Below are positions 53,018 through 64,000 of a DNA stretch of 64,000 nucleotides, one piece after another. Position 1 is the stretch's first letter, and each line of letters starts with the position of its first letter. A program made the position numbers and the translations under genes. The stretch is taken from positions 129,456,001-129,520,000 of the forward strand of contig NC_058375.1 of the NCBI RefSeq assembly GCF_018350175.1, written 5' to 3'. This stretch comes from Felis catus. Its lineage: Eukaryota. The notes under the pieces are model-generated. The model did not search any database, was not told where the DNA came from, and saw only the letters and a program-made list of their open reading frames with translations.

Positions 53018-53210
53018 TGTGTGTGTGTATGTGTGTGTGCACGCATGTGTGCTAGCAGGGGAGAGGGGCATAGGGAGAGAGAGAGAATCCCAAGCAGGCT
53101 CCTATCTCAGCACAGAGCCTCACATGGGGCTTGATCCCACAACCCTGGAATCATGACCTGAGCTTAAATCAAGAGTTGGATGCTCAACCAACTGAGCCAC
53201 ATAGGCACAC
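52975..53210 (-). mobile_element. Older Can-SINE with expanded (GA)n(GT)n
   Basis: aatcccaagcaggctcc...gatcccacaaccctggaatcatgacctgagc. Confidence 0.9.
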
Positions 53211-53377
53211 TATCCCCCCAAGTATAATTTAGTAACTCTAATTTAGATGGTATCATGCACATAAGAGTGGTCTCATATAGTAACACTTGCTGAGAAAAGG
53301 AAAAAGTGTAAGTAGGCCTCTGTGACCAAAGGTTGCTTGAAAGCTAATGGAAAAAGTAGAGTATGAGGGTCCAATAT

Positions 53378-53546
53378 TTTTTAATGCTTATTTATTTATT
53401 GAGAGAGAAAGAGAGAGAATCCTAAGCAGATTCCACACTGTCAGCACAGACCCCAAGATGGGACTCGATCTCAAGAACTGAGAGATCATGACCTGAGCTG
53501 AAATCAAGAGTCAGACAGTTAACTATCTGAGCCAAACAGGCACCCT
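53378..53546 (-). mobile_element. Older Can-SINE
   Basis: gagatcatgacctgagctgaaatcaagagtcag. Confidence 0.9.
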
Positions 53547-53864
53547 AAGAATCTAATATTTAGAAGAAAATATAGAGTACACACATTTAAATATGACAGT
53601 ATCTCACTATTACTCTGTACAAATTGTATGTCTTAAAAAAGAGCTGTCTCTCATATAAAGATTATATTCTCTATTCAGCAACTGGAGGATTAGTATCCTG
53701 GAGACCTAATTCTGTATATTTATTAAAGTTTTGCAAACCATATAAGTACTTGCTGAAGTAACATGCTCTTATGGAATAAACAAATTTTAACCAACATTTT
53801 TACATAGATGGAAAGACAAGGCCCCTCCTCATGGATTGAGAATGGCAAAATCTAGTCTGGAAAT

Positions 53865-54032
53865 NNNNNNNNNNNNNNNNNNNNNNNNNNNNNNNNNNNN
53901 NNNNNNNNNNNNNNNNNNNNNNNNNNNNNNNNNNNNNNNNNNNNNNNNNNNNNNNNNNNNNNNNNNNNNNNNNNNNNNNNNNNNNNNNNNNNNNNNNNNN
54001 NNNNNNNNNNNNNNNNNNNNNNNNNNNNNNNN
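53865..54032. other. N-run (168 nt)
   Basis: Direct observation. Confidence 0.99.
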
Positions 54033-54224
54033 TAAATTTAGACAACGATGTAGACAAACCCCAGGAAGAGATACATAGGGCTAAAAAAGGAACAGTCACT
54101 GAGACTATTGGATTTTCTGTGTGGACTCCTAGAGAGAGCATCAGAGAGACAAGATTACTGCATTTTTGGTGTGGAAAGTTGGCAGAAAGAGGATGTTTCA
54201 AGGAAAAAATCATCATGCAGATTG

Positions 54225-56055
54225 ATTTCACCATGGGCCAAAGCATCTCCCACTGAGTGAGGATGAGGCAGGGACCTGTATTACTTATTCAAATGTAACA
54301 TGAAAGTGTATATATCATAAAAGTTCCAGGAAGTCAGATATGAGAGAGGAAAAGAATGTAAATGGCCTTAGGAAGAGATGGGAGAAAGGAGGATTAAAGA
54401 AGATGAGCTTTAGATGGCAAAAGAAGACAAAGAGATGAATGGAAGATACAAAAACAATACAATAGATTGAAGCTAACGTTTCCTGAAAAAAGCAGAAAGG
54501 ACAGTCAGGCCTCAATGGATACAAGGGGAAGAATGAGAAGGACTTCAAATGCCACTGCTAGTCTGAAGATGAAAGAGGCCACGTGAGAGGTTGCCAGTGG
54601 TCTCCAAGAACAGAGAGTGCCCAGCAAGAAAGAGAGACCTCAGTTCCACAACTTCAAGAAAGTGAATTCTATTAATGACCTGAATGGGTTTGGGAGTGGA
54701 CCCTTCCCCCAACAAGAGCCCAGCTCAGCCTTGATTTTGGCTTTATGATATCCTGGGCACAGAACCAAATAAAGCCCACCCAAACTTCTGACCTATAGAA
54801 CTGTGTGCTAATAAAAGAAAGTTGTTTTAAGTAGCTTAGTTAATAGTAATTTTTTATGCAGCAGGTAGCTAATCAACACAGCAGCTGTGACAGTCACTAA
54901 TGTGGCTTTCCTGATAATCTGATTTTTCTGTCCTCCAGAATGACACTGAAGATTCTTCTCTACTCCAGGACCAAATCCTAAATGTCTGTGGTCAGGACGG
55001 GCCATTTGACCAATGGTTAGTTGGTTAGTTAGTTAGTTGAAGTAGCATGTGTCACTTCAGGAATATCATATTTAATTAGTTGTGCTAGTTACTGTATGGC
55101 TCCCATCTTTATGCCACAGGGTTCTTGGAAGCTTGTGATGAAGTGAAGCCTCCACTAGCCTGGATCCTTGCTTGAGCAATGAGCAGAGATCCACTGCTAA
55201 CCCTAGTTACACACTTAGTGAGAACACAAAGTAAATTTTTGTTGTGATAAACTCCTGAGTTTTGGGAGCTTTGTTGTTGTTACTTTAGCATAACCTGGTT
55301 AGTTTGTTTGTTTTTTTTTTCTAATTCAAAAACTTAAAATATTTCTGGGAAGGTAGAGGACAGATTTTAAAGAGAGAAGTAAGTCTAAGTGGGTGCCACT
55401 GAATGATGAACTGATGGAGTTAGCCATGTGCAGACCTGAAGAGAGAAATATTCCAGAAAAACAGAAAACAGAAAGTACAAAAAAACCTAAGAAGTGGATA
55501 AGTAGGAGAAACATCAAGGACAGTGTGTCTAGAGTATAACAACCAAAAATCAAAAAGTAGGCAGGGGTCAAGTCACATAGGGTGACAGACCATGGTAAGG
55601 GATTTGTTGCAACTCCATCTGCATGGGGCATGTTTCAAGCAGCAGAGGACATCAGTCAAGACAGATAGGTTATGCCATAGTAACAAAAAAGAAAATTTCA
55701 GTGGCTTAAAAGCATACAGACATCCCTCATGATTTCAATGTGTGTTTAACAAGGGTTGGCTGGAGATTCTGCTCTCTATGGTGACCATCCTTGTCCTCAC
55801 TCCAGGACCCAAGCTGATGAAGTCACCACTGTGTAGAACATCCCAGTCTCTGTGGCAGTGGGAAGAGAATATCTGGGGGTCTCGAAACAGCAATTAAATG
55901 CTCCAGCTTAGTAATGCAGGTGTCACTTTTGCTTACAACTTATTGGCCAGAACTAGCCACATAAACCCACCCATCCACAAGAAGGTGGGTAAACACAATC
56001 CCACCAGGTGTCCAGAGGGGCATGGGGACAATGTGGTCAGTAGGTAGTACTAATG
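54225..56055. mobile_element. Cluster of MLT1 LTRs (~54225-54870 +, ~54885-55300 +, ~55660-56055 -) and L2 (~55340-55640 -)
   Basis: MLT1 3' motifs cttctgacctatagaactgtg and tttgttgttgttactttagcataacctgg. Confidence 0.55.
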
Positions 56056-56206
56056 AATATGACAGGAGAGACTTGATAGGATTTATATTTGTAAAGTATC
56101 ACCTTGTCTATTATGTGGAGAATATATCATGGAAGCAAGAGCAGAAGCAAGAATATCGCTTTAGAGACTATTTTAGTTACCCATGAAAAACGTGCTAATG
56201 GTGTCT

Positions 56207-57796
56207 GGTGCACAAGCTGGAACCACAGGTTGAGGTGAGGCGGCTGGTGCAGAGAAGTGGGACCGTCCTGCACTGCCTCCCTGAAACTGGGCCACCGCGT
56301 AGGTTGGTCTGAGGGCTCTCAGCGGATGGCCAGTGGACTTCTACCCAGCCTGCACCACGAGCATGGAGGTGTGCATGAGCAAAGATGGGGACCCAGGGCA
56401 GCCTGGTTAAGAGGTACAGCCACATGTTCAAGTTCTTGTGGGTGGGCGACAGCAACGTGGGCCAGGGCGAGATCCAGGAGCGCGTGCAGCAAGATGCAGC
56501 CTAAGCCCCTTAAGCCTAGAGCAACCGGATCGACTACAAGACAACTACCAACCTGCCGGGCGGCCAGCGGGTCAAGCTGGAGTTCTCCAATACGTTGGGC
56601 GGAGGCAGGTTCTGCACGGTGTTCAGGTCTTACTCCAGGGGCTCGCAGAGGATCCTCCTAGTGTGTGACATCACCAACAGCTGGTCCTTGGACAGCTCGG
56701 ATGGGCGTATCAAGGGGATCAAGGAGCCAGCCCGCCGGGGTCTCCTGGATCCTGGCAGGGAATGGAGCCTCCAGGTAGCAAGTCGCCAAGGAGCAGGAGC
56801 GCACCTGCAGGGAGAACGGCCCAACCTTTTTCAAGTTAGGTCAGCTGTGCAACTTCAGCTTCTTCAGGTCCTCAGCTGAGCTGTCCCACGTCGTGCTCAT
56901 GCAGCATGGCGTGAAGATCTGTTCAGGCCACTGTTTCCTGCACCGCGTGTGCCTCACAGTCAAACTCCTGCTGCCAGTCACCTCAAGTCTTTACTAATTG
57001 GCAATTGCATGCATGAAACACCGGCGCTGTTACTCACTAGCGGGTGGGGTAGAAATGGCGGCTGCAAGAGCAACAGCCTCCAGAGGCCCGTCCATCTGTC
57101 TCAGAAATGCTTGAGGAACAAACGCAAGATCCAATGGTGCAGGCCGGGGCCGCCAGGTCCAGATGCACTCCGGCAGGGCTTGCCCTTGGCGAACGCTCCG
57201 CTCCTGACCCGGCACTGGGTGCAGGGAATGCTATGGCTCCTCTTTCTGGGAAGCGTGGGGAAGCAGCTAGTATGCTTGGCGGTCTCAGCCAGAAGGAGCC
57301 TTGCAGAGGGTTTCGAGACTCCTGCTGCGGGAGGTCTAGGCATAACAAGCCCAGGACTCTGTGGTGCAGCTGAGAAACGGCCGGGAGGCGGTCCCTAGTA
57401 ACCCTGGAGGCTCGGCCCACCTTTCTTATTTTACATAAACGAGACGTTTTACCCTTTTTTTATACTTTAAAATCGTGGGCAGGATCCTCAGTATAGCTAA
57501 GCGGTGAGCCCACGTCACTTGTGGGAGGACCTAGAGACATAGGTCCTAGAGACGGAGAGGAAGGGGATTTGAGGCAAACACAAAGACGGGAAGGAATCTG
57601 CTGTCAAATTTTGAATCTTTCTTTGAATACACATATACTTCACATGGGGGTGTGAGGGCTGCGCAGGGGCCCTTGGGGACCCACGGGATAAGTGAACCCT
57701 TTGCAAGCTCTGGGCAGTAAGTACTACCCCAGCTACCTGCACCAGCAGGTATGAGCACCGTAAGTTTCTGTTTTCTCATTTAGTTTTGTTTTTTAA
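56207..57796 (+). pseudogene. RAB40C: RAB40C processed pseudogene (5'UTR, CDS-homologous 56385-57137, partial 3'UTR)
   Basis: ATG 56385: MGTQGSLVKRYSHMFKFLWVGDSNVGQGEI...IDYKTTT...RVKLE...[22 protein letters not shown], then SHLKS and GGCKSNSLQR...KI. MGTQGS, A-SN, KLE, DITN and the Gly-rich tail point to RAB40C, not RAB40B. No introns; in-frame TAA/TAA/TAG at codons 40, 43, 45; frameshift after ~56730; flanked by L2 on both sides; candidate TSD core tggtgtct (56199-56206, 57799-57806). Confidence 0.93.
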
Positions 57797-58931
57797 ATTG
57801 GTGTCTCATTTTAAGGTAGAGCCAACACAACTCTGGGGATGGATTGAGAAAAAGAAGTTTCAAGGGTGATTTCTGAGCTTTGGCCTGAACATCTGTGTCA
57901 ATGAAGCTGTTTATTGGTAGAATGTCAATGGTAAGGGCTGGACTAGAGATGGTAGGGAGAATCAAGATGCTTGCTTTTTTGGATATGTTAATTCTCAATG
58001 CCTAGGTTTACCAGACTGAAGCCCAGGGGAAGGCTGAAGAGTCATCACCTTAGAGGTGATATGTATATGTGAGAAATCACCATGAGACCATCTAAGAAGT
58101 GACCTTTAAGAGAAGATAGGAGAACAGAGGACTGATACCTTGGACAATGTGGGTAGGAAGTGTGTTTTATTATTATTATTATTTTGAATATTGGAGACTA
58201 ACAATGCATTTGTGTTGTGATGGGAAATGAGTGATTCAGGAAAGATGTGGAGTACCTGAAAGAGCAAATTCCCTAAGAGGGAAAGAAGAATTAGGACACA
58301 ATAAATGCAAACTCACTTTGAAAACTGTAACATGCTAATTCAGGAAAGTTCTATTAGTAGGAGTAAACTATGCCCTCCAGAAAGAAAAACTCAGTGTGAT
58401 AAACTCTGAGGAAGAAAACAAAGAAATGTACTAAAAAATTCTGAGAGATGACTTCAAACAACCCTACACTTTCTACAACTTGGGGCACAACATCAACATG
58501 CTCTAATTTAGATTGTGAAATCCAGCTGATTTAGTGACCCTAAAATTACACCAAAAGAATGCAATGCCAACTTCATTGCTAATGTCCTTGTAAGATTCTC
58601 CTGCCTGGTTCAAATTAAAAACTCTCCCAAGATTTCCTTCAGTTACAAAACAAAGAAATATGCTCTAATCAACATGCATAATTATGCATATTACAGTGTG
58701 AAGATGATCAACTTGTCTCTTGGAAATTTATGGTAAACGCGATGTAATTGTGCTCTCATAGGGTTTCAACACAGCCTCTCTGGTTCCTGGGCTATTTCTC
58801 TCTGCCACATAGCCACAGTTCTATATAAAGGGGAATATACTCACCCCCATTTTTCTCCCTACCCTACTGCCCTATGATGTCAGCTTTTCCTACCTCTGGA
58901 AATGTAATTATTCAAATATCAATAATGCCCA

Positions 58932-59300
58932 GTGTATTAGCCTGGTAAGCCTTCCATAAGCAAATATCACACAGACTGGGTGTCTCAAACAACATAAATG
59001 TATTTCTCACAATGCTGGAGACTGGAAATTCAAGTTCCAGGTGTGGGCAGGATTGGTTTCTCCTGAGGTCTCTCTCTCCCGGCTTGTGTCTCAGCTGCCT
59101 TCTCTCTGTGTCCTCAAACGGCCTTTCCTCCGTGCAGGTGCAATCCTGGTATCTTTCTCTTTTCACAAGGGCATCAGTCCTATTTGTTTTGCAACTCCTC
59201 CTTATGAAGCTATTTAACCTTAACTACCTCTTTAAAGACACTGTCTCCAAATATAGTCACATTAGGGGTAAGAGCTTCCAAATATGAATACAATTCATTT
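58932..59300 (-). mobile_element. MLT1A/B-like LTR
   Basis: tgtattagcctggtaagccttccataagcaaatatcacacagactgggtgtctcaaacaacataaatgtatttctcacaatgctggag. Confidence 0.85.
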
Positions 59301-59447
59301 CATTGCATTGAAACTATGTTCCTAATAAATTCAATGCCAATTCTAGCTTTACTTGAATAATGTGGTTTATTTAATACTTTTTACAACTCTCTCCTTATAA
59401 AAATTCTTTTTAGTCCCCCTCAACTTTCCATGACACTACCCTTTCTT

Positions 59448-59657
59448 TTTAAAATTTTTTTTATGTCTTTATTTTATTTTGAAAGAGACAGAGTGTGAAC
59501 CGGGGGGAGGGGCAGAGAGAGGAGACAGAATCTGAAGCAGGCTCCAGGTTCTGAGCTGTCAGCACAGAGCCTGACGTGGGGGCTCGAACTCACAGACTGT
59601 GAGATCATGACCTGAGCTGAAGTCAACGCTTAACCAACTGAGCCACCCAGGCACCCC
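59448..59657 (-). mobile_element. Can-SINE
   Basis: TSD acactaccctttctt / acattaccctttctt. Confidence 0.96.
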
Positions 59658-59999
59658 AACATTACCCTTTCTTGATTGTGCTTTTTCATTGGCTATTTCC
59701 ACTGTTTCCATTCAATGTTGTTAATCTCTAGGCTCGATCCTGAGCCCTCTTCTTAAAATGATTTCACTAAGGGGTATTAATCATGCCATAGTACAAACAC
59801 AATCTGCTTATTACTGATACACGCTTTTATAATTCTAGCCCAAACAACCTCTCGAGTCTCAGAGTCATGTGTATTCACTTTCTATTGAGCATCCTGGAAT
59901 CTACTGAACATCTCCGACTAGGACACACACAAGGGCTCAAAAAATAGTTGGCTTTCAATACATATTTTTTTGAGTTCTTTCAATACACTTATTAATTCT

Positions 60000-60330
60000 T
60001 TCATTCAAAAATAGTCATTGATTTACCTACTAAATAGCACATACTCTTTTAGGTACTTGGAATACATCCATGAACAGATCAAGATCCTTATCCTCAAGGA
60101 GCTCCCGTCATAGCAGGTAGGCAATGGTGAACATGATAATCAAGATGATTATACACATGGAAGTTGTTAAATGCTAAGACTAAAGAAAAAGTAGGGCAAG
60201 ATAAGGGGGATCAGGAATGGGTTAAGGGGGAGGACTGAAGGACTAAATTAGATGGTTAAGGGAACCTCACTGAGAAAGGGAGACTTGAACAAAGGTTTGA
60301 AGGAAATGGATGAATAGTCATCTCAAATAT
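60000..60330 (-). mobile_element. L2 3' fragment
   Basis: ttcattcaaaaatagtcattgatttacctactaaatagcac...gatccttatcctcaaggagc. Confidence 0.6.
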
Positions 60331-62528
60331 AGTAAGTCTGAAATCTCCATTTCCAACACATCTCTTCCCTAGAATTCTCAATGTGATTGTCATTCCTTCT
60401 TCCACTAGGGTAACCATATAAATCTGTCTGCCAAACTGGGACATACCAGAGAATAAAAGGATAGTACTACGGGCCTTAACCAGCACAGCCCAAGACAAAC
60501 TTGGATGTCTTGAGTCCTTTTGATATTAACTCCAGAATTATCTCCTCTTCTCCATTTCTACTACTGCTGTCTCCATTCAGAATTTCAGGATCTGTGATTT
60601 GGATAGACACATGAGTTTAATAACGATCCCTTCTTCTCTCTGTCCTTTTCCCCTCAAATCCCTTCCCTATACCTCAGACAGAATCTTCTTAAAACACTCA
60701 CATCTGACACTCTCATTTCAAATATTTTTCGAGAGAAAGAGGGGAGTGATCAGTGCGGGTAGAGAACATGTACAGAAGCCTGACAGGAGCAGGGCTATGC
60801 TGGGCCAAAACACCCTCCTCTGTGACTGTCACCTACTCACAGGTGTAGGTCAGCCCGGGCTGTGAGTTCCTGTTACAATCCTGCTCTGCTGAATGCCTTT
60901 CCCAAAAGGTAAGAACACAGGAGAATCAGCCGGTTTATCTTTGAAATCCACAATTTCTTCAACTTCAACTCTAAAACTCATTGCCTCACAAAGATTAAAT
61001 GCCCATTATTTGTCCTTAAGATGTGGGAAATTAAAAATATATCAGATCTCTCTATATTTCCTATTTCAGCTCAAATGAATCCAATTAGGTTTCACTGCAA
61101 ACTATAAAATACTCTAGGCCTATTTCCTCTTTAAATTGATTATAAATGTTGATGCTCTTACGTATAAGTGCAAATTAATCTAGGGAATTCCATGAAATTT
61201 TATTTCTTAATTAAGCAATTTAAACTAAATTACTTAACTAAAATGACTACTCTGGCTCCTAAGATTGTTCAAGGTCAGACAAATGTAATCAAATGTAACA
61301 CAGTGATTTTTCACTTGGCATAAACCTTTTTGTCAAACTCATTTCACTGCTTTGGACTTGATAAAGACGAGAGGATGGACTTTTGACCAGGGTGATCTCT
61401 ATGGAGACTGGAACCAAGATTATAGGAGGCAAGACTGGGTGACAACACTCAGGCCAACTGCAGGAGTTTCTGTAAAATGGAAACAAGGTTTCCATTAAAC
61501 TGAGAAAGGAACTGAGGGCTTAGACTGCCCAGAAATTAAACTTTCTACTGATATACATCTGGCAATGCTCCAGTGAGTGCAATCCATTTGGCCAGCCAGA
61601 TGGACTAGTCCTGGCAGCTTTTCTGTCTCATGCACAAAGCACTTCAGCCCGGGGAAGAGAAAAATCTCCAAACAAAAATAAAAATAGAGAAGACTCCAGC
61701 ATTGTGGTTAAACAATGGAGAAGACTTGTGGTCTTACAAATGAGGTTTCCACAACATTGTCTGTGCATTTCAGACATTACAACTGTTACCTTTTTCCCTT
61801 GATTTTTAATAGCTTATTTATCATGGGTGAAGGATGAGATTACTTATCTGAGGCTCCATGCTTTTGGCAGAAAACCTTTATAATGCTCAGTTACTCTCTC
61901 CTGGAGGAAAGAAGGCAATCTCTAGCCTCTTTCTGAGAAAAGATACAAAGAATGTTGATAAAAATCCAAACTGAGAAAGATCATTTGAAAATGCAAACTT
62001 TTATATTGCTGACTATCAAAGGGAGTCGGGCTAAAAGGATGGACACACCAAAGAGATTGTTTTTTTCTCATCTGAGGAGGCTTACCCTTTTCTCACTTTC
62101 TAACACCACGAGTCCGATTCAAGTCGCCCATTAGCCTGAATGAGAATTTTCTTCTGTCAGTCAAACCGTGCATCTGAGTTGAAGTCCATTGATCATCCAT
62201 CAGCTGAACTGCCATGGCTACTCAATAATCATGGCCCATTTCTGATTCCTTAAGTCGGATGCCTAGATGAGGGCATGACATCCACTGAGTAGTCCAAGCA
62301 TGTTTTCTCCTTCCTCGGCCAGAGTTTGCTGAGGGAGGAATACAGAGATAAAAATCCATTCTAAGGAACCATCCCAATGTATGCCTTTTTATAGACTTTA
62401 CATATGTATGCCTAATTATAGACTTCTAAAATTACTCTAAAAATATATTTTAACTCATTTATTAATAAATTATTGCACAAGGACAGGTGGGAAGGTGTGA
62501 CATAAAATTTTAAAAAGTTAATGTCTTT

Positions 62529-62717
62529 GGGGTGCCTGGGTGGCTCAGTTAAGCATCAGACTCTTGATTACAGCTCAGATCATGATCTCATGGTTCCGTT
62601 CATGAGATCAAGCCCTGCATCAGGCTCTACACTGAAAGCATGGAGCCTGCTTGGGATTCTCTCTCTCCCTCTCTCTCTCTACTTGCTCCCACTCAAAATA
62701 AATAAATAAACTTAAAA
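62529..62717 (+). mobile_element. Older Can-SINE
   Basis: Perfect TSD aaaaagttaatgtcttt. Confidence 0.96.
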
Positions 62718-63338
62718 AAAAAGTTAATGTCTTTTATTTATTGAACTTCTTCATCAAATACATTTTTTTGTCCTTAGATATATGGAGTCAACCAAAACTT
62801 AAAATATGCTCCTTCCTTCCATCTCTCTTTCCCTCTCTTCCTTCTAGATTTACTTAGCTCCCATTCTGTGTACCACAGTGGGGGATTTGTGTGAATTACC
62901 AATAAAATAAAGCATTTTGGGTGAACTCGTGGTTTTACATGTAAACTACCTGCATTTCCGTCAGCTAATATTTAAGTTTCTTCCATTATTTGCATCTTGA
63001 CACAATGTCAAGTTACAGATCAAATATCACAAACACAAGCTTCCATGTGGAATGTTTTCCAATGTTTGATTGTGGTTCTTGTGGTGTTTGGGCCATATAT
63101 TGTCTCGTTTGTTTGGAGAACTAGATTCCTTAACCCTCTTTTCTTCATTTACAAACACTAGGAATTCCTTTTCTTCATTTCAAGGGAGGAGTACTATTAC
63201 TTTCCATCTATTCATGCCAGCTGCCTTGGCAGAATCAATCCTTTCACTCTTTATATCACTTCTGCACCCAGGCCTTTGCCACTATAGGCTGAAGCTCCTG
63301 GTAAAATTCTCAGAATCATAGCATGCTACAGTCTTTTT

Positions 63339-63557
63339 TTTTTTTTTTAAGTTTATTTATTGATCTGGAGACAGAGCGAGAGAGCGAGCATGTGTGTGCA
63401 CATGCACACATAGGTGAGGGACACAGAGAGAGGGAGAGAGATCCCCACACTGTTCTTGAGAAGCCTGATGTGGGCTTGAACTCTCCAACAATGAGCTCAT
63501 GAGCTGCGCTGAAATCAAGAGTCCAGGATTAACCGACTGAGCCACCCAGGCACCCCC
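63339..63557 (-). mobile_element. Older Can-SINE
   Basis: TSD core cagtcttttt. Confidence 0.92.
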
Positions 63558-63876
63558 TCCAGTCTTTTTGAAAGGTCATTTTCTTAAATATGCTTTCCAC
63601 CATGGTGTGAGCTCTTTATATTTCTTATGTTTCTTTCTTTTACTGTCTCTGAAACAAATCTAGAGTACTAGGACTGGAATTTATCAGGCAACATGCTTAG
63701 CAGATATTTTCAGAGACACAAGGAAGCTCGCTACCATCAAGCCCTCAGCACGTTTGCCAAGTGGGCATAGTTTGGCCTTATTTTGTTATCTAGTACTTTC
63801 CTTTATAAAAAGCCTTGTGCTGTTGCTTATGCTTTTATTGGCCAAAGCAAGAGCTGATTAAAAAAAAATTAACTGA

Positions 63877-64000
63877 GGGGCGCCTGGGTGGCTCAGTCGG
63901 TTGAGCGTCTGACTTTGGCTCAGGTCACTATATCACAGTCCGTGAGGTCAATCCCCACGTTGGGCTCTGTGCTGACAGCTGGGAGCCTGGAGCCTGCTTC
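63877..64000 (+). mobile_element. Can-SINE cut by the window end
   Basis: ggggcgcctgggtggctcagtcggttgagcgtctgac. Confidence 0.95.

Noticed and set aside
878-54246. Long ORFs spanning N-runs in the supplied track (878, 947, 3562, 10705-10751, 45488, 46311, 53800, 53836)
   Set aside because: Their length comes from undetermined codons that cannot encode stops.
56001-56014. CTCF-like ccaccaggtgtcca
   Set aside because: It mismatches the core at a key G and lies in an old LTR; the motif alone is insufficient.
56385-57137. Functional RAB40 retrogene (RAB40A/RAB40AL-like)
   Set aside because: Three in-frame stops at codons 40-45, an altered P-loop Lys (GK>GQ), loss of WDTSGQ and frameshifts. The sequence follows RAB40C, not the RAB40B-derived primate retrogenes.
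56195-57420. Many overlapping ORFs on both strands, including 56949-57398 (149 aa)
   Set aside because: By-products of high GC content. The 149-aa frame starts at GTG and is the decayed RAB40C tail reading through a lost stop codon.
20747-64000. tRNA-like sequences in SINE heads
   Set aside because: Can-SINE heads are tRNA-derived and are followed by the (CT)n linker, A-tail and TSDs; they are not tRNA genes.
20747-64000. SINE strand bias (10 minus versus 4 plus) as evidence of a host gene
   Set aside because: Too few elements to distinguish from chance.

Overview
Mammalian nuclear DNA from a felid, identified by 14 Can-SINEs of SINEC_Fc type and two cat-type L1 elements. The window is AT-rich and repeat-dense, and I recognise no intact protein-coding gene, RNA gene or CRISPR array. 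Main contents: (1) a full-length but disabled L1 (11604-17549, +, 17-bp TSD); (2) a 5'-truncated L1 (45283-47280, +) with what looks like a two-step 3' transduction; (3) an intronless RAB40C processed pseudogene (~56207-57796, +) inside an old L2; (4) many ancient MIR, L2, MaLR/ERVL LTR and hAT fragments, microsatellites and small tandem duplications; (5) nine N-runs, five of which match the length of the missing L1 sequence exactly, so they are masks rather than gaps. The most unusual signals are the retrocopy's retained CpGs despite heavy, transversion-rich divergence, the same premature TAG in two distinct L1 copies, the serial transduction, and a perfect nested slippage duplication at 3856-3989. 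Several splice-site-bounded candidate exons are listed at low confidence. I found no convincing new biological system. Repeat subfamily names and parent-gene comparisons come from recalled consensus sequences, and boundaries of old repeats are approximate.
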